The notes: generated from the letters alone by a model not told the origin. Counted from the stretch's first letter, positions 1 through 14,143 are shown. The stretch: 64,000 nucleotides of DNA from Camelus dromedarius (GCF_036321535.1 NC_087436.1:34722001-34786000); one strand, 5' to 3'. Numbers and translations: made by a program.

Positions 1-1079
1 ATTTCAGTCCATTCTCTTCTACTAAATATTATGACCAGTACTTCCCTGGTAATTGTAATATATGTTTTAATAGGCTAGCCCTGGTCAGGATGACAATGTC
101 TCCTTAAATTTTTCAGATTGGAGCAAATATTGCAAAATCTCCATTTATGTTAGACCTGAGTGGTGATTATATGGGCATAGGTGATATGATTTTAATATTT
201 TCCTATGAATTAGAGATATTTCATAATTTAAAAAGTAACACCTATCATTAGAAATAGTCACCTGGGAAAAAATACCAATGTTTTGAATGGGTAAACAACT
301 TCAAAATTCTGAAGGAAAAACGGTTAATTCAGTTAAAACTGTCTCTAAATCTAAATAGAGGTGCAGCTACAGTTTATTTAAAAAAAGCAATTTGCGCACT
401 CATTTTCCTCTGCTTAACACGGATTATAAAAACAAACCATTGTTTTAGATTTTTTTTTGAGAAATAAAAACATAACTCTTTTTTAGAAGGGTATAATCTA
501 TAGATAACACTATAAAACATGATTTCATTGTTGAATCTAGAATTTTGCATTTAAATGTTAAGAAATAGCAACAAAGTCTAAAGAAGGCATTTATTACAAT
601 GATAGACATTTTTTTAGTCAGTCATTTTGTGTGTATCCAACACCTACTATATTCAAGGCAATTAAAAAAGCCTCTGGAATCTGTAATCAACTAGCGATAT
701 GAAGTTAGGGGATCCTTTCCAAGTCTCTACATAATGGGAGTTGGACTGAAAATTTCCTAGGGTCTTTTCCACAAAAAAAGTTTCATCTTTGATAAGAAAT
801 CTTATCAGAACTAACAGTAAAATTAAAGGTAGTATATGATAAAGTCACAAATTAGACCATCTGGTAATAAATATATGTTATCCCAGTGGAGGCTGATATT
901 GGAGCAGGAGAGATAGGAGAGAGGAGGTGAAAATTGACCTAGAACTTGAAAAATGGCATATTTGAGTAGGTACAGAGGAAGAAGTACTTAAAGTTAAATA
1001 AACGTCATGAGAAGGCTAAGGAATCAGTAATGAAGAGTTACCTGGGGCAGAGTCAACAAATCAATTTTGAGTAGACAGA

Positions 1080-1400
1080 CATTGCAACTGGAGGCTGAGT
1101 CCTACCTTTGGTTTTGTTTGGCAAGCAGAGTAGTTTTCAAATATTTGCTAGTTGCCCACATCTCTAAAAAAAAAAAACGAGAGAGAGAGAGACTTTACCT
1201 AGACAATCTCTGTCTAAAAATTATCTGACAAAATTGGCCCTATTTCCCACATGATAAAAATCTGCTGAAACTTAGCAGATTAGATGGAACATTCACTCTG
1301 CAGTTGCCCACAGTTCCTACTGACTTTTATTACACTCAACAGGTTTTATTTATCTATAAACCATGAGTGGCCTTATAGAAATTTCAGTATGTCAAAGCCA
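1080..1400 (+). mobile_element. Degenerate hAT-Charlie DNA transposon, MER102-like
   Basis: Motifs gttttgtttggc, ggccctatttcccacatg, cagttgcccacagttcctac in the order of the recalled MER102 consensus; boundaries approximate. Confidence 0.55.
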
Positions 1401-2083
1401 TAGAAAAGTTTCATTTTTAAGAAGTTATAGATGTTACAATTGCCAGGCTGTAAAATTTGAATTTCATCTTATGAAATTTTACTACACACAGTTTTAAACC
1501 AGAGTTTAAAGAGTCTCTGTTTTTGAAACACTTCTTTGAATATTAAAATTAGCTCCAGTTAGGTACCTGAAAATGCTAGAATCAAAGAGAAGTCTGCTCA
1601 GGAACTGGGAAAAGACTAAGCCATGAGCCAAGAAGGAAGCTGGTTTTAAAGGATCATTGTTTTCTTAAGAGGTGGGAGAAAAATATGACACTAGGGTAGT
1701 AAAGTGCAAATTTGGGTTGAGGCTGAATTTGAGAGTAGATATAAAGACTGTCTACTCATATTGCTAGGTTAGAGATTGGGTTCTCCACACACTATTACTC
1801 TGATTATCGGCCTGTCACTGTCAACTGTTGGCTCCTCAAAAGACCACCAGCAAAGGAAAGGTCGTTGTCCTTACCTTGTCATGGGGAGGGGGGACCATGG
1901 TGACAGTCTCTTAGAAGGTCTTAATGTGGAAAATTAGGACATTAGCCTTGGTGATGTTAAGGTGAGCCTCACAAGGAGAGAACTGGTTGAGCTTGTGTAC
2001 ATTTTATAATTTAATAGCTTTGGATCGGTGGCACAGGAAGCAAGCATTTTTTAAGCAATTCTGATAAGAAAGATGACATCATA

Positions 2084-2220
2084 GGGGGGAGGATATAGCT
2101 TAAGTGGTAGAGTACATGCTTAGCATGCACGAGGTCCTGGGATCAATCCCCAGTACCTCTTCCAAAAAGTAAATAAATAAGTAAACCTAATTACCCCCAA
2201 TTAATTAATTAATTAATTAA
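2084..2220 (+). mobile_element. tRNA-derived SINE, camelid Vic-1 type, full length
   Basis: GGGGGGAGGATATAGCTTAAGTGGTAGAG (A box) ... GGGATCAATCCCCAGTACCTC (B box), AT-rich tail with aaacctaattacccc; perfect 15-bp TSD aagaaagatgacatc at 2066-2080 and 2221-2235. Confidence 0.92.
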
Positions 2221-2479
2221 AAGAAAGATGACATCTTGATAAGTAAAATCTTTAGTTGGTTTGTAGTTTTTTCTTCTAGGAGTAGGTACCTTCTGGAGTA
2301 AGTGCGTGCATTATCTTTTCTTGGTGTCGGTATTGTTAACATGAGAAAGGAAAATATATTCCTGGTATCGCTTATAATAGGAAGAAGGAAAGTATATCCA
2401 TTGGTTTCCTTATAAATGTTGGTTTCAGTTCTCATCACTCACCCCATCAGAACTTCATTTCTCTCACCTATAAAGAAAT

Positions 2480-2770
2480 GATGATAAATAATATATCTGG
2501 AAAGACCTTGCCTGACCACTCTACATAAAACAAGTCCTCACTCCCCAGCTTTGTTACTCTGTCTATGTTTGCCCCTGTTATTGGCTTCATGATACTTGGC
2601 CTGTGACATTTTAAATTAACAATTTATTGTTAATTCTTAACACTATTTTCTTCACTGAACTATAAGCTCTATGAAGTCAGGGTTCCTGTCTATCTTGTTC
2701 ACTTTTTACCACCAAAATTTAGCACTGTGTCTAATTCACAGTAGAAATGCATTGTGTTGATTGAATTCAT
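2480..2770 (+). mobile_element. LINE-2 3' end fragment
   Basis: actataagctctatgaagtcaggg...tcttgttcac...agcactgtgtct...cacagtag...ttgttgattgaat, typical L2 terminus. Confidence 0.6.
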
Positions 2771-3181
2771 TAAGAAAGGAATAGAGATTGATCAAATGGG
2801 CATTTGAAGTTAGAGAGTTCCAGAGGAGACATGACATTTATACACATAAAGAAAAATTGTAAAGTTTGAGGGAGAAGTTTATAGATGACTTGATTTATTT
2901 GAACAAATTGAGAAAATGTCAATTTTTGAGAAAACGTTTGAGATAATTCAGATATAAAGAAAACAAGAAAGGAAAAAAGCAAAAATTGATTATTATAAAT
3001 TCAAGGAAAAGCAAAAATTTGTACAGGAATACAAAAATAGTCATTACATAGCTCAGCATTGAACCATAGGCCTAATAATAAATGTATTAAATCAATAATA
3101 AAAAATAATGAAATAACTGTACTGAGATATGAGAAAGGACAATTGGCAGAAGGCATGTGAGGGATATAGTTGCAAGGCTAT

Positions 3182-3509
3182 TGCTATAGTCTGAACATTT
3201 GTGTCACCCCCAAATTCATGTGTTGAAATCCTAATGCCTAATGTAGTCATCTTAGTAGATGGGGTACTGAGGAGATGAGTAGGGTTATTAGTGCCCTTAT
3301 GAAAAAAGATCTGAGAGAGCTTCCTTGCCCCTTCTGCGAAGTGAGGATACAACAGGAAATGGGGACCTAGAAGAGGACCCTTGCTGGACTATGCTGATGC
3401 CCTAATCTTGGACTTCCAACCCCCAGAACTGTGAGAAGTAAATGTTAATTGCTTATAAGCCACCCAGTCTGTGGTGTTTTTGTTATAACAGACTGAACAA
3501 ATTAAGACA
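3182..3509 (+). mobile_element. MaLR solo LTR, MLT1A-like
   Basis: TG...CA termini (tgctatagtctgaac...aagaca), ccccaaattcatgtgttgaaatcctaa, ttggacttccaacc, aagccacccagtctgtgg; 5-bp TSD gctat/actat. Confidence 0.85.
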
Positions 3510-3973
3510 ACTATTAAATTTTCATCTTCTATAGTGTAAATCAAAAGCTAATATATAAAACTAATTTTTAAAATGAACATAATCACATTACTTAGGAATT
3601 TGGAGCATACAGCAAATACAAGAAGAAACAGTTGAGAGTTGAAGATGGTTACCTCCAGGGTTACTTCCAGGGAATCGTAGGGAGGGGAGGGGAAAGGAAG
3701 AGTGGAGAACAATGGAAAAAAGAAAAACCTGTTTATCACCAAAAGCTTTATAGAAATATTGCCATTAGAAAGCATTTATATATGTAACTTTAATAAAATA
3801 ATAAAGTCATAAAAGAAAGTTTTAGAAGCGTATCATGTAAGCACCTACATAACTTGGCTAAAAGCTCTTACTATCTTCCTGATGCTGCATGAGCAAGTAT
3901 AACCTTAACAAGTCTGCACTGCTTTCCCAGCACCCTCCATCCCAGAGACCCTCAACTACAGCCAACTTTCTTT

Positions 3974-4423
3974 TGTTAAGAAACAAAATTCAACTGAGTA
4001 AATTTGAAGATCCAACTGGTTTTATTGAATGATTTGTGAATCAGGCAACATCCCATCCAGCAACTAGAAGGGTGCTCTTAGGGGTTATACAAAATACAAG
4101 ATTTTTATAGGAAGACGGGCGGGGTAAGGGATCTATTAGCAAACGAAAAGAAAGGATCATTTTCAGGCCAGGGCATCTTCTGACTGGGGAGGGAGGGCCG
4201 GCAGGAGTTTAATCATGCAGATGGCATCTTCGCCCTCAGGGATGAAGAGGGCTCATGTGACCGATTACCACATCAGTGCTGAGCAGAAAACTCCAAAATG
4301 GTTAATATTACATTTCTGAGGAAGGTCAAAGCTCCAATTAGGTTAGCTGTTAAATCCGATTTGGTATCATGGGCTTTTAGCACAAGTGATGCCGTTTTGG
4401 GCCCATGGTTTTCTTCTTTAACA
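3974..4423 (-). mobile_element. ERV1-class solo LTR
   Basis: Inverted termini tgttaa...ttaaca; AATAAA on minus strand near 4020-4026; TATA-like tataaaa on minus near 4102-4108. Confidence 0.7.
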
Positions 4424-4619
4424 GGTTAAACACAGAATGCGCTTTCATGATTTCATGCCACTGCAACATGCTTTTTGTCTCTTATGTCCTTCCCTGATAT
4501 GCCTACTGGAGACTTGTTCAATCCTGAAGACCCTAGAGTTTCTTTTTTATGAATTCCTTTCCTCCTTCCTGACAATTTCTAGGGGCCACCTTTTTAATGT
4601 ACCTTGGGCCCTTTGAACT

Positions 4620-5321
4620 TGTAGGAGAGGTTAAACTTTTTTCCCTCTACCCTCTTAGATTCAATGGCTGAGAGCTGACAATCAAACTGATAAAAGAGAG
4701 ACTGACAGGAGAAGAAAACTTGTAACTCTGTGTATACGCGTGGGAGTTTCCAAAAGAAAGAAGACTGATGGAGGAGGCCAGATGATTGAGACTTGTAGAA
4801 TATTTTAGGCTACACAAAGGAAAAGGGTTTTGGGCTTCTGGGTAGGGGAGGCAAGCTATGGGGAGGGGAGGGGAGGAAACTGTGGCAAATAAGAGTTGTC
4901 TTCTTAGGCAGGAAAGAGTCTCTCGGGTGGTCAGGATTGTCTGCAGGAATAGCTCTCTTCCTGGTACAGAGACAGATTTACAAATGGAAATTTATGTTAT
5001 TAACGTAAATTTTCTTTACAAAAGAGGAAATGTACGCCTTTTTGTAGGCAGTTAGTGGGGTGGTAAAGAGCTTTCCTTGCACCTGTGGTTTTCAATGATC
5101 TTTAGTTCAATGTAGAGGGAGAGGAATATATATAGCTCAAGCGGTAGAGTGCATGCAGCATGCACAAAGTCCCAAGTTCAATCCCTCGTACCTCCTCAAG
5201 AAAAAAAAAAAAATCTAATCACCCCCGCTCCAGACACGCACAAAAGAGAACCGATGTTTAGTTCAACATAATCCTTATGTCAAAGTGGCATATTTGGGGG
5301 GGTATATTCTGGTCCTCATCA
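4620..5321 (-). mobile_element. ERV1-class solo LTR (MER34/MER39-like), interrupted by a SINE
   Basis: tgtagg start; terminal ataatccttatgtcaaagtggcatatttggggg...tattctggtcctcatca recalled from this LTR group. Confidence 0.7.
5116..5250 (+). mobile_element. Vic-1-type tRNA-derived SINE (diverged), nested in the LTR
   Basis: tatagctcaagcggtagagtgcatgc...agttcaatccctcgtacctcc, A-rich tail; degenerate TSD gat(c/g)tttagttcaa on both sides. Confidence 0.85.
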
Positions 5322-7065
5322 GACCCTTGATGCTCTCCCTTATTTAGGAGCAGATTTTCCCCAAAGCCAGTGCTCTTTAAAATGAAGGAAATGAGTTGAT
5401 ACTGGGGATGCTTAATGTAAATTCATCACCCCTACCAGACAAACAATGGGAAAAGCATTTCTACTGAGAGAATCAAAGCATCCTTTTTACTGGTAAAAGC
5501 AACATTTGCTTATTTTAATAGATAGATAAAGGACCTGAGCTTTGTTGAAATGTAGGAAAATTATTCTCGTTCTTTGACTACTACAATTTTAAATCTCTTA
5601 TTTCCCTACCTGAATTTATTCCATGCTAGGGATAACTTTTTTTTTGATTAATCAAAACCCAATTATATTACTTAGAAGTACATTTATCAAGATTACTAAA
5701 AGAAAAAAAAATGTTATTTTAAATTCAGCTACTTTCATTCTTAGCCTGCTGAGTCTGAATGTTAACGCACCTCGTTTGGGCCCCTAAAAGACTTTGTTTC
5801 AGCAATGTGTTGATGACAGCTATTTACTGGTTCAAATTTAAATTTTCTTTGCCTGGGCTATTTAAATTATAATTGGTACTAACAGTCCGAGGTCACAAAG
5901 AGACCGTAGTTACACAATGTGTATTCTTAGCAATAGAAAAATAATGGGGAAAAAAATCACTATAGCAGGAACACCAGGAAACAAACTTAGTACGGTCTGA
6001 TGAACATTTAGAATACGCATTTAATAAGACAAAAATTATACTTTGTCTCAGTAGCAATATTCATCAATCTCATTACTCCTACTGGTAAGATCACGGTTAA
6101 AAACTGCAGTAATAGCCACTTCCGAAGGGTCATTCTTCTCTGTGATGATCTAAATATAATTTATTGATTTTGTTTTTATTTATATGGTTTTTGCCAATAC
6201 TCTCTAAGCACCGAGGCTGCTCTGAATATTTCACATAAGATAAACTTGCAATATTGCAACAGAAACTCTCAAATTTTCACTTTCCTTTCTCTTTGTCACA
6301 TACCTTTATTTAGTATCATTAGTCATTTTAGCTAAGTATTCAGCTGCAGTTAGGTATATGCAATTAGCTATACAGAATCAGAATTTCTCTATTCACTTTA
6401 AAGTGATTCAGATAAATTTAATGGATACAACACATAAGTAAAATGAAATTGAGATAAAAAAAGCCTTTACCTCTCATGAAAATAAAAGTGAAAAAAAGGT
6501 GAATTGAACTCTAACTGGTCAATTGTGTTTGGGCCAAAGTTATGACCCTTCATTGCAAAGTAGGGATCAACTCCACCAGAATATGTTATCCCCAAACATG
6601 CCTCTTTGACATCTGGATTTTCTGAGCTAAAGGCCATTAAGAACCAGTGGCTGCAGACAGTCTAATTTACAAGGTCCTAGCCAGAGAACCTAAACTGGGT
6701 ACAGGAAAAGGTATTTTTTCCCTCCTATATGCATATTCCTAGTTGCTAAAACACACCTCCCTCCAATATTTGTCCGTGCCTTTACCTACCCTAGATGCCA
6801 AATTGTACATCATTCCCAGTGAGAATTTACCTTTTCATATTTGGATTCAGATTAAAGACAGATACACTTTAACAGAATAAACCTTGCAAGCTCTTTACAG
6901 TCAGGAAACAGACCTTTAGTTGTCCTCTAAATGCCTAGCACAATGCAGCAAGAACCTGTGACTGACTGTGGGAGCAGTTGTCTGAAACATTGCAAGATGC
7001 ATCTGTTAATAAGACTTTGAGGAATGGTTAAGATAATTTTACAACTAGCTATATTTTTCTTACTA

Positions 7066-7904
7066 CAGTACTCCTCTCTTACCTGCAGTTTCACTCTCCA
7101 AGGTTTCAGTTACCCTTGGTCAACCACAATCTGAAAATATTAAATGGAAAACTCCAGAAGTCAGCATTTCATATGTTTTAAACACTGTGTCATCCTGAGT
7201 GGTATGATGAAATCTTGCACCATCCCATTCATCCTTCCTGGGACGTGAATCATCCTTTGTCTAGAGCATCCCACCCACTCTTCGCTTAATAACCATCTCA
7301 GTTATCAGATCGACCATCCAGGTAGCACAATGCTTATCATCCTTATTTTACTTAGTAATGGCCCAACTTGCAAAAGTAGTGATGTTGGCAGTTCGGATAT
7401 GCAAAAGAGAAGCCATAAAGTGCTCCCTTTAAGTGAAAAGGTAGAAATTCTCTATCTAATAAGGAAAGGAAAAAAAATTCCTATGTTGAGGTTGCTAAGG
7501 TCTACAGTAAGAACAATTTTTCTCTCTGTGAAATTGTGAAGAAAGAAAAAGAAATGTGTGCTCATTTTGCTGTCACATCTCAAACTACAAATGTTACAGT
7601 GCACAAGTGCTTAGTTAAGATGGAAAAGATGGAAAGACGTTAAATAAGATGTACATTAAGATACATTGAGAGTGAGAGACACCACATTCACAAAACTTCT
7701 ATTACAGTGTATTGTTAAAATTGTTCTACTTTATTATCGGTCATTGCTCTCAGTCTCTTAGTGCACCTAATTTATAAATTAAGCTTTATCGTAGGTATGT
7801 CTATGTAGGATAAAACAGTGTGTCTAGGGTTCAGTAGTAACTGCATTTTCAGGCATCCACTGGGGTTTTAGAGCGTATGCCTTGTGGATAAGGGGGGACT
7901 GCTG
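7066..7904 (+). mobile_element. TcMar-Tigger DNA transposon, MER44/Tigger7 internal-deletion derivative
   Basis: TIRs cagtactcctctcttacc / ggataaggggggactgctg; ORF 7330-7539 contains QKRSHKVLPLSEKVEILYLIRKGKK, resembling the Tigger7 transposase N-terminal HTH start, frameshifted. Confidence 0.9.
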
Positions 7905-9686
7905 GATTTATTAAATAATTTCTAGATTGAGAGATGTGAATATTTCTAAGATCAATTACTTGTAGAATGAGATGATACTAAAGATTTTTTTTAATACAGG
8001 CCAACTTATAAAGCCATTTCAGTAGCACAGAAGAAGGTAGGTGTGTCTAAGACAATAGCTAGCAGGACATTTCAGGAAGCCAGGACTGAGGATTCAGTCC
8101 TGAGTTGATACATGGTTCCTGGAAATACAGGAAAGAAGCTTGAGAAAAAGGCATGCCGACAGGTTTTATCTGCTAACAGATGCAGACATTAAGCTATATA
8201 TTGAATGTTAAAGAAAAACAGATTCTTCATTTTGGCTAAAATAATATGTGAATTTATCTTATCTATTTCCTTCTTGTTAGCATTTTCAAGGACCTAAAAG
8301 CTCCAGGTGTTGCACATATAAATGTGGCCCTTTGAATTCTCTCTTTACGTGAGATTTTTAAGTGAATGTGACACTATTTGGACATTGTAAGTTCACTCCA
8401 TCCTGACAATATACTATTGCTATATTTTGTTTCAGTGAAAGCAGTACTAAGTTAATGTACTATTACCTGAGACGTGTGAGACATGTGGTTCAGTAACCAC
8501 AACATTTCCAACTTCAAGTCTTTGTTGTAGACAAAAATGAATAAAATAGCCATAGCACAGCCTTATGTTTAGATATGTTCTGAGATGCAAAGTCATAAAT
8601 AAGGTAATTTCAATACAATAAGAAATAAAAAGCCGTAACTATTAGAAGTCTGGGAGCACACCTAAAGAGATATGATCTCTCTAATTTCCCATGTTAGTGA
8701 TTATATAGAAAATTTTCTACAAATGTATCACACAAAAAAGTTGTTCCATTCATCTTTCTTCTTTTGTAGCCATTACCTTCAAATGAGGCATCCACTTTGA
8801 ATTACAGGTTAGGTTTTGTTTCCTTTCAATCCATTTTGATGGTGTAATATCCAGGGGGAAAAAAAACTGGAAAGGCCAATAGATGAAGCAGAGAGAAGAT
8901 AAAAGACATATATGCTTTCCCATAATCTGCTTTTGACTAAGGATTTAACAGAGGTTATTTAATTAAATTGGATCAGAGCCTTTGTTTTAAGCAACATATA
9001 GGGACTTTTAAGATAGATTTGAATTTGGTGATTTTAAAAAATCCCCTTTTCCCTTGCCAAAATGTTTCCCTCACTCACATTTCTCCATTGCATTCACACT
9101 CACAAACCCCAATTGGCTGAGTCTTAGTTTGTCTTTCATAATGTATTTTTTATCTTACTTAAATGTAAGTACTCTTTTTTCAAAGACATGGCAGAGTTTA
9201 TCTCCTATGATCACACTCAGGCATAACTCTTCTGAATAAGGTCTCATAAGAAATGATATTATCACACCAAGGAATAGCCTTAAGCCAATTTATACTCAGT
9301 CTCAATCTGTGATCACTTACGTCACAAGCGTTACACACCCCCAGCCTCTCCAACTCTTGGTGATTCTATATAGCAACAGCAAGCTGTTTTCAGGAAGACA
9401 AAAGTTCATTTTATGGATTTCATAATTAAAAATTGCCTCTGAGAGTTTCATTCATACATGACAAAATTATCCATCCTTGGGAGTATCAGTCACTGCCATG
9501 ACATTTTACCCTATCTCTGTAGAAGGAAAAGAAAATCTGGTTTGTTTATTCATTTAATTAAGATTTATTGGGCACTTACTCTGTGTCAGGTACTCTGCTG
9601 GGCAAAAGAGAAGAAAATGCACATACTAATACATGGAGCCCAATAGATCTAGGGTTAAATCTTGGTTCTGATATTTATTAACTGAG

Positions 9687-10385
9687 TGTGTAATAAAGAA
9701 TGTGGCTGTCCTTTGTCTCTGGTTCCTGGAAGGCAGCCTCTAAACCCTTGGAATTTCCTGAGTCTTTGTTATTTATGGTGGATCCCCAGGAACCACATCA
9801 TCTGATAGTTTTCACTGAGCAGGGCTCCTAAAAAGTGTATGCCCATGGATGTCTCAGGATAGGGGCTGGCCACACCAAAAAACAAACAAACAAAAACAAA
9901 AACAACCATGTGATTAGAGAGTTGGGGCTTTGAACCACTGTGTATCAGCTTGACCTTCAGAATTTCTGGATATTGAGTTCAACCATTTGGACAAAGATTC
10001 AATCCATCCTGTCTATATAATGAAGCTTCAATAAAAACTCTAGACACCAAAGTTCAAGTGAGCTTCTTGGGTTGGCAATATTCCATGCATGTATTGCTAC
10101 ACATTGATGCCAGGAGGAAAAATCATCCCTGATGACACAGGAGCTTCACATTTGGACACGTCTTAGTCCCAGATTGCACCCTATGCATCTGCCTTATGTG
10201 TATCCTTTGTTTGTAGTAAACTGGGCTACGTAGTCAGTTTTAGTGATTTCTGTGAGTGTTTGTAGCAAATTGTAGAAACTGACTGTGGTTTTAGGAAACT
10301 GCCTTACTTGCAGCTGGCATCAGAAGTCTTGGGAAGACTTGGTGGTCTGGAGGACTGTGCCCTCAACCCCAGGTTTGGCTACTCC
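9687..10385 (+). mobile_element. MER21(C)-like LTR
   Basis: cctttgtctctggttcctgg...cctctaaacccttggaatttcctgagt, accatgtgattagagagttgggg, caataaaaactctagacacc. Confidence 0.75.
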
Positions 10386-11314
10386 AAGTACTAAGCAACT
10401 TTCTTTGGCAAATTATTTATGTTTTAAAAATATTAGTCTTCATATCATTAAAATAGGTAAAATAATAATATCTAAGTTACTGCGTAGTTGTGAAGATAAA
10501 ATAGTTCTATAAAATATGTATCATCTGCTTTGCACTTAAAAGGTGTTCACTTAATGCTTTATTATTATTGGCTAGGAATTTAAAAAATCAAGTCTAACAC
10601 ATTATCTTATGAATGAAAGACTCTTACTAAAAATCTCTCTTAGAGCACACAAGTAAAGGATGTAGCATAAGTAAACTTGCTTATGTTGTCTGTTTTCAGA
10701 TATGAGAACTGTATCTGTACACATCTCATCACCAGGGCCAGTGTCATGAATATCATTAGTCTTAGACCTATGACTAATGCTTTTTTCTTAATCTTTGAGA
10801 ATTTTTTTTAAAAGCATGAGAATTACAGGGTAGTGCTCCATTATCAATACCCAAGACTTAACAAAAAGCTAAATTACTCTGGAAAGTCATAGCTGAGAAT
10901 AGAAAACTCAGCAGATCAGAAACAGATCTTGCTCAGAGCCTTGATTCAGATGGCACACCTTCATTACTTCCAGCTCTGTGGCACTGCAAATCGCCCTTGC
11001 CCATCTGAAAGTACAATTGTGATGCCTATTATCAGAGCTGAAGTAAATATTAGCTAAAGTGATGCACATAAAAGAACATCAGAAACTCTAATTATGGTTT
11101 TTTTGGAGTATATAATTATTGATTTGGACACACAATGATATTCTCGTAGGGAGATAAAAATACTTTTGAGCAGTAAGAAACCTAGTTGCCTGATTCAATA
11201 AGAGTAAGAGAATTGGCTAAAATAATGTTGGCATTGAGACATAAATCCTTACTGTTGTATTGATGTAATTCGAGGATTAACCCCAGAGTATCAAATTAAA
11301 AAGAAAAAAAAGAA

Positions 11315-11710
11315 AAGCAGGCTACAGGCCAAATGTGCCCACAAATATGTTTTAATTAGTCTGCAGAGTTAAAAAAAAATACTCTTTTTTAATTGTGGCT
11401 ATATTTGGCCCATTTTCCCCAGTGGCAACTATCAGTCGGCAATAAATGAAGTCATGACCCCTCCAGTTTTCTGCTGTTTCCACTCAAGGTGAATTTCTTG
11501 TTTTGCTTTTTTTTTTTCAGGGGAGCAGGGAGTAATTAGGTTTATTTATTTATTTATTCATTTACTTAGTGGAGGTACTGAGAACTGAACCTAGGACCTT
11601 GTGCATGCTACGCATACACTCTACCACTGAACTATACGCTACCTAACCCTGCCCCCAATTTTTTTATTTATATCACCAACCTAGTGCCTCTAGGCATACA
11701 AGCCTCTGAC
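11315..11710 (+). mobile_element. MER102-like hAT element split by a SINE
   Basis: caggccaaatgtgcccacaaatatgtttt..., tggcccattttccccagtggcaactatcag, ...cctctaggcat; degenerate. Confidence 0.45.
11500..11656 (-). mobile_element. Vic-1-type tRNA-derived SINE
   Basis: Reverse complement of the head (ggaggtactgagaactgaacctaggacc...ctctaccactgaactatac) and tail (gtaattaggtttatttatt, poly-T). Confidence 0.9.
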
Positions 11711-13659
11711 TCATTTCATAGAGTTGAGTAACTTGTAGAATCAGGGTGTTTATGATGGTGAAAACCAGGAGATAGATGTGAACAAGGAGGATGGAGAGCA
11801 GAACAGGAGATCAAAGGACCTTTGTTAAGAACAAAATGACTCATAGGTCAGGGAAAGGCAAAGCAGGCAGGAGAAGGAATTAGAGGGCAAGCACCTAGAA
11901 AGCCTTGCCACGCAGTGCCTGTTGGCCCAAGGCACTTACCATTCCTGCAGGAGAGTCCAACAGCCATGAGCTTAGCCCAGCCTTCCATGAAGCCCCCTGG
12001 GAAGACAAGGACCTGCAGGAAGCTGCAGCTGTGGTGGGCAGGTCTTGATTACCCCCAACACCCCACCCCCAGCTGTGAAATGTAACATTTCTGATTTTGC
12101 ATTTGTTAACACATCTCTCTGCAAAGCCTCCTCCTCAATTCTTCCTGAAATATAGACAATAATTCCTAAATTACTCTGATGATGTGTGCTGTGACAATCA
12201 TGACAATTTTGAGAATCCGAATGAATGCATTAATACTATAAAGGACAGTGGGAAATCTTTCTTTTTATGCAGGATACTGAGTGCTACTGAATTCCTGCTC
12301 CTGCTTTAGGAAATATTCTAGCCCTACATCATCTTTGGAAATTATAAGCAAGAGCTCATACTATGATAGAGAAATGAAGACATGTCAGGTGGGAATAATG
12401 GAGGCTTTAAACCTGACTGTTAGGGCTGTCTGAGGACATGCAGGGAGCGGGGTGAGTCACTGAGATGCTTCTGCCTCTCCCTTGCTCACAGCCAGGGAAA
12501 TGTGGGGAAGGCAAAGTTGAGCCTACAGTGTGTGTGTAGACCCAGGTTGGCAGATCTGCTTAACAGCCATATTTCTGAGGCAGGTAATTCATATCCATAA
12601 GGTTATAGTATATTGTAAGAAAAAGAAACAGCTGAAGCCAACACTTGAGTTCCTTTCCTCATTTATTCATTAAGTAATTTATCCAAGAAATATCACTTGA
12701 TCAACTAATATGAATTTGCTATCCATTTTAAGAATTATAAACTTTAAGGAAATTCACTAAGAAAAACAGGACAGATATCTCTAAAATCTATGTAAGTTTT
12801 TTGTAATTAAATATCTAAAGAGCATTACTGACAACAGTGTTATAAATTTGCAGATAAGGAAAACGCTGTAGACTTTTGCAGGTGCACCCTAGAGAAAGGG
12901 AAACTTGACTAATGAAGTGCTTGGGGATCAAATGGAAGCAGAGGAAGTGATAATGCAAGCCTTTGCTTAAAAACTCCAAGATTTCCCATGGTGAAGCAAG
13001 GGCTTCATAAGGAAGCCGTTGTTTTCATTATTTGATCTAAATCTTAATGAAGAAGCAAGAATTTCCAATGTAGAGGTAGAGAGAATTTTAAGTAGAAAAA
13101 ATATAAATACATGATGCTTCATTAACTTGTACTAGAATAAGGAAGTTAGATTTGAGAGACGACTACGTAAAGGAGACTCTGAGTTATTTGTAATACAGGG
13201 AAGAACAAAAGATCAGAGACTGAACTACAAGGATTGGCAGCTGAAGCATGGAGATAGAAAATAACCTAGAAAAAAATTCAAAATTAATATCAAGTGTAGC
13301 AGGATGATTTGAGGAGAATGAGAACTGAGAAGGTCATTGTTACTCATGAGGATTTGGGTGACGGCCAAGAACACATTGAGTGGTGAGGAAGAACATCAGA
13401 CTGGTTTTCAGAAGTGAATTGGTTGTGGACAAATAGAATCAGAAGGTATAGGCATACATTTGAGCAGTTTGGGTATTAAAAAAGAGAGGAAATGAGTGAT
13501 AAGATTGTATCACTAATTCAATACTTATTGAGCAGTGACAGGTTGAGTCCTGAGAGGTGAGGATATAGTCGGTGAACAAGACAGAGAAAGCCCTTGATAC
13601 AGTGGTGCTTAAATCTGGTGGAAGCCCTCTGCTGCATGACAACAGGGAATTGTACCTCT

Positions 13660-13795
13660 TGGGGAGTGATGAAATGTTAGTGACCTTGTTTGTGGTGGCG
13701 GTTTCATGGGTGCATACACCTATTCAAATTCATCAAATTGTACATCTGAAATATATGTAGTTTACTGCTCAGGAAACGTGTTAAAAAAAAAAAAA
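13660..13795 (+). mobile_element. Old L1 (L1MB/MC-like) 3' terminal fragment with poly(A)
   Basis: gtgatgaaatgtt...gtggtggcggtttcatggg...caaattcatcaaattgtaca...A13. Confidence 0.6.
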
Positions 13796-14143
13796 GGAAA
13801 AGAAAACAGGGAAACTACTCATGTTAACAGTCGAAGGGAGAGGAACAAAAAGGGGAAGAGTTAGTATCTTAAATAAGGCCTGACCAGGGGGATAGGTTTC
13901 CTGAGACGGGCACCATGGGAAGCATGAAGGAGGCACCCTCGGGGGGATTCGTCCTGATAAGATGAGGTATCTCTGAGGTATACCTGTAAATCAAGATCCT
14001 TCTTCTTGGGTCTAAAACCTAAGTTTAGTCCCTTTCTTTGTGATAATTCCCACTACTTATTATACCTTATTCTATTTCTTGAACATTGTAGTATATTTAT
14101 TCCAACTCTTGTTATTGTGTACTATTATTCTTCAGGACTTGTG

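Noticed and set aside
2084..2160. tRNA-like sequence (also at 5116, 11570 and 22110)
   Set aside because: SINE head with tail and TSD, not a tRNA gene
11934..11990. Minus-strand consensus donor ATG|GTAAGT with upstream MEGWAKLMAVGLSCRN
   Set aside because: Phase 1, unlike the other candidates, with no CpG support; consensus donors occur often by chance in 64 kb
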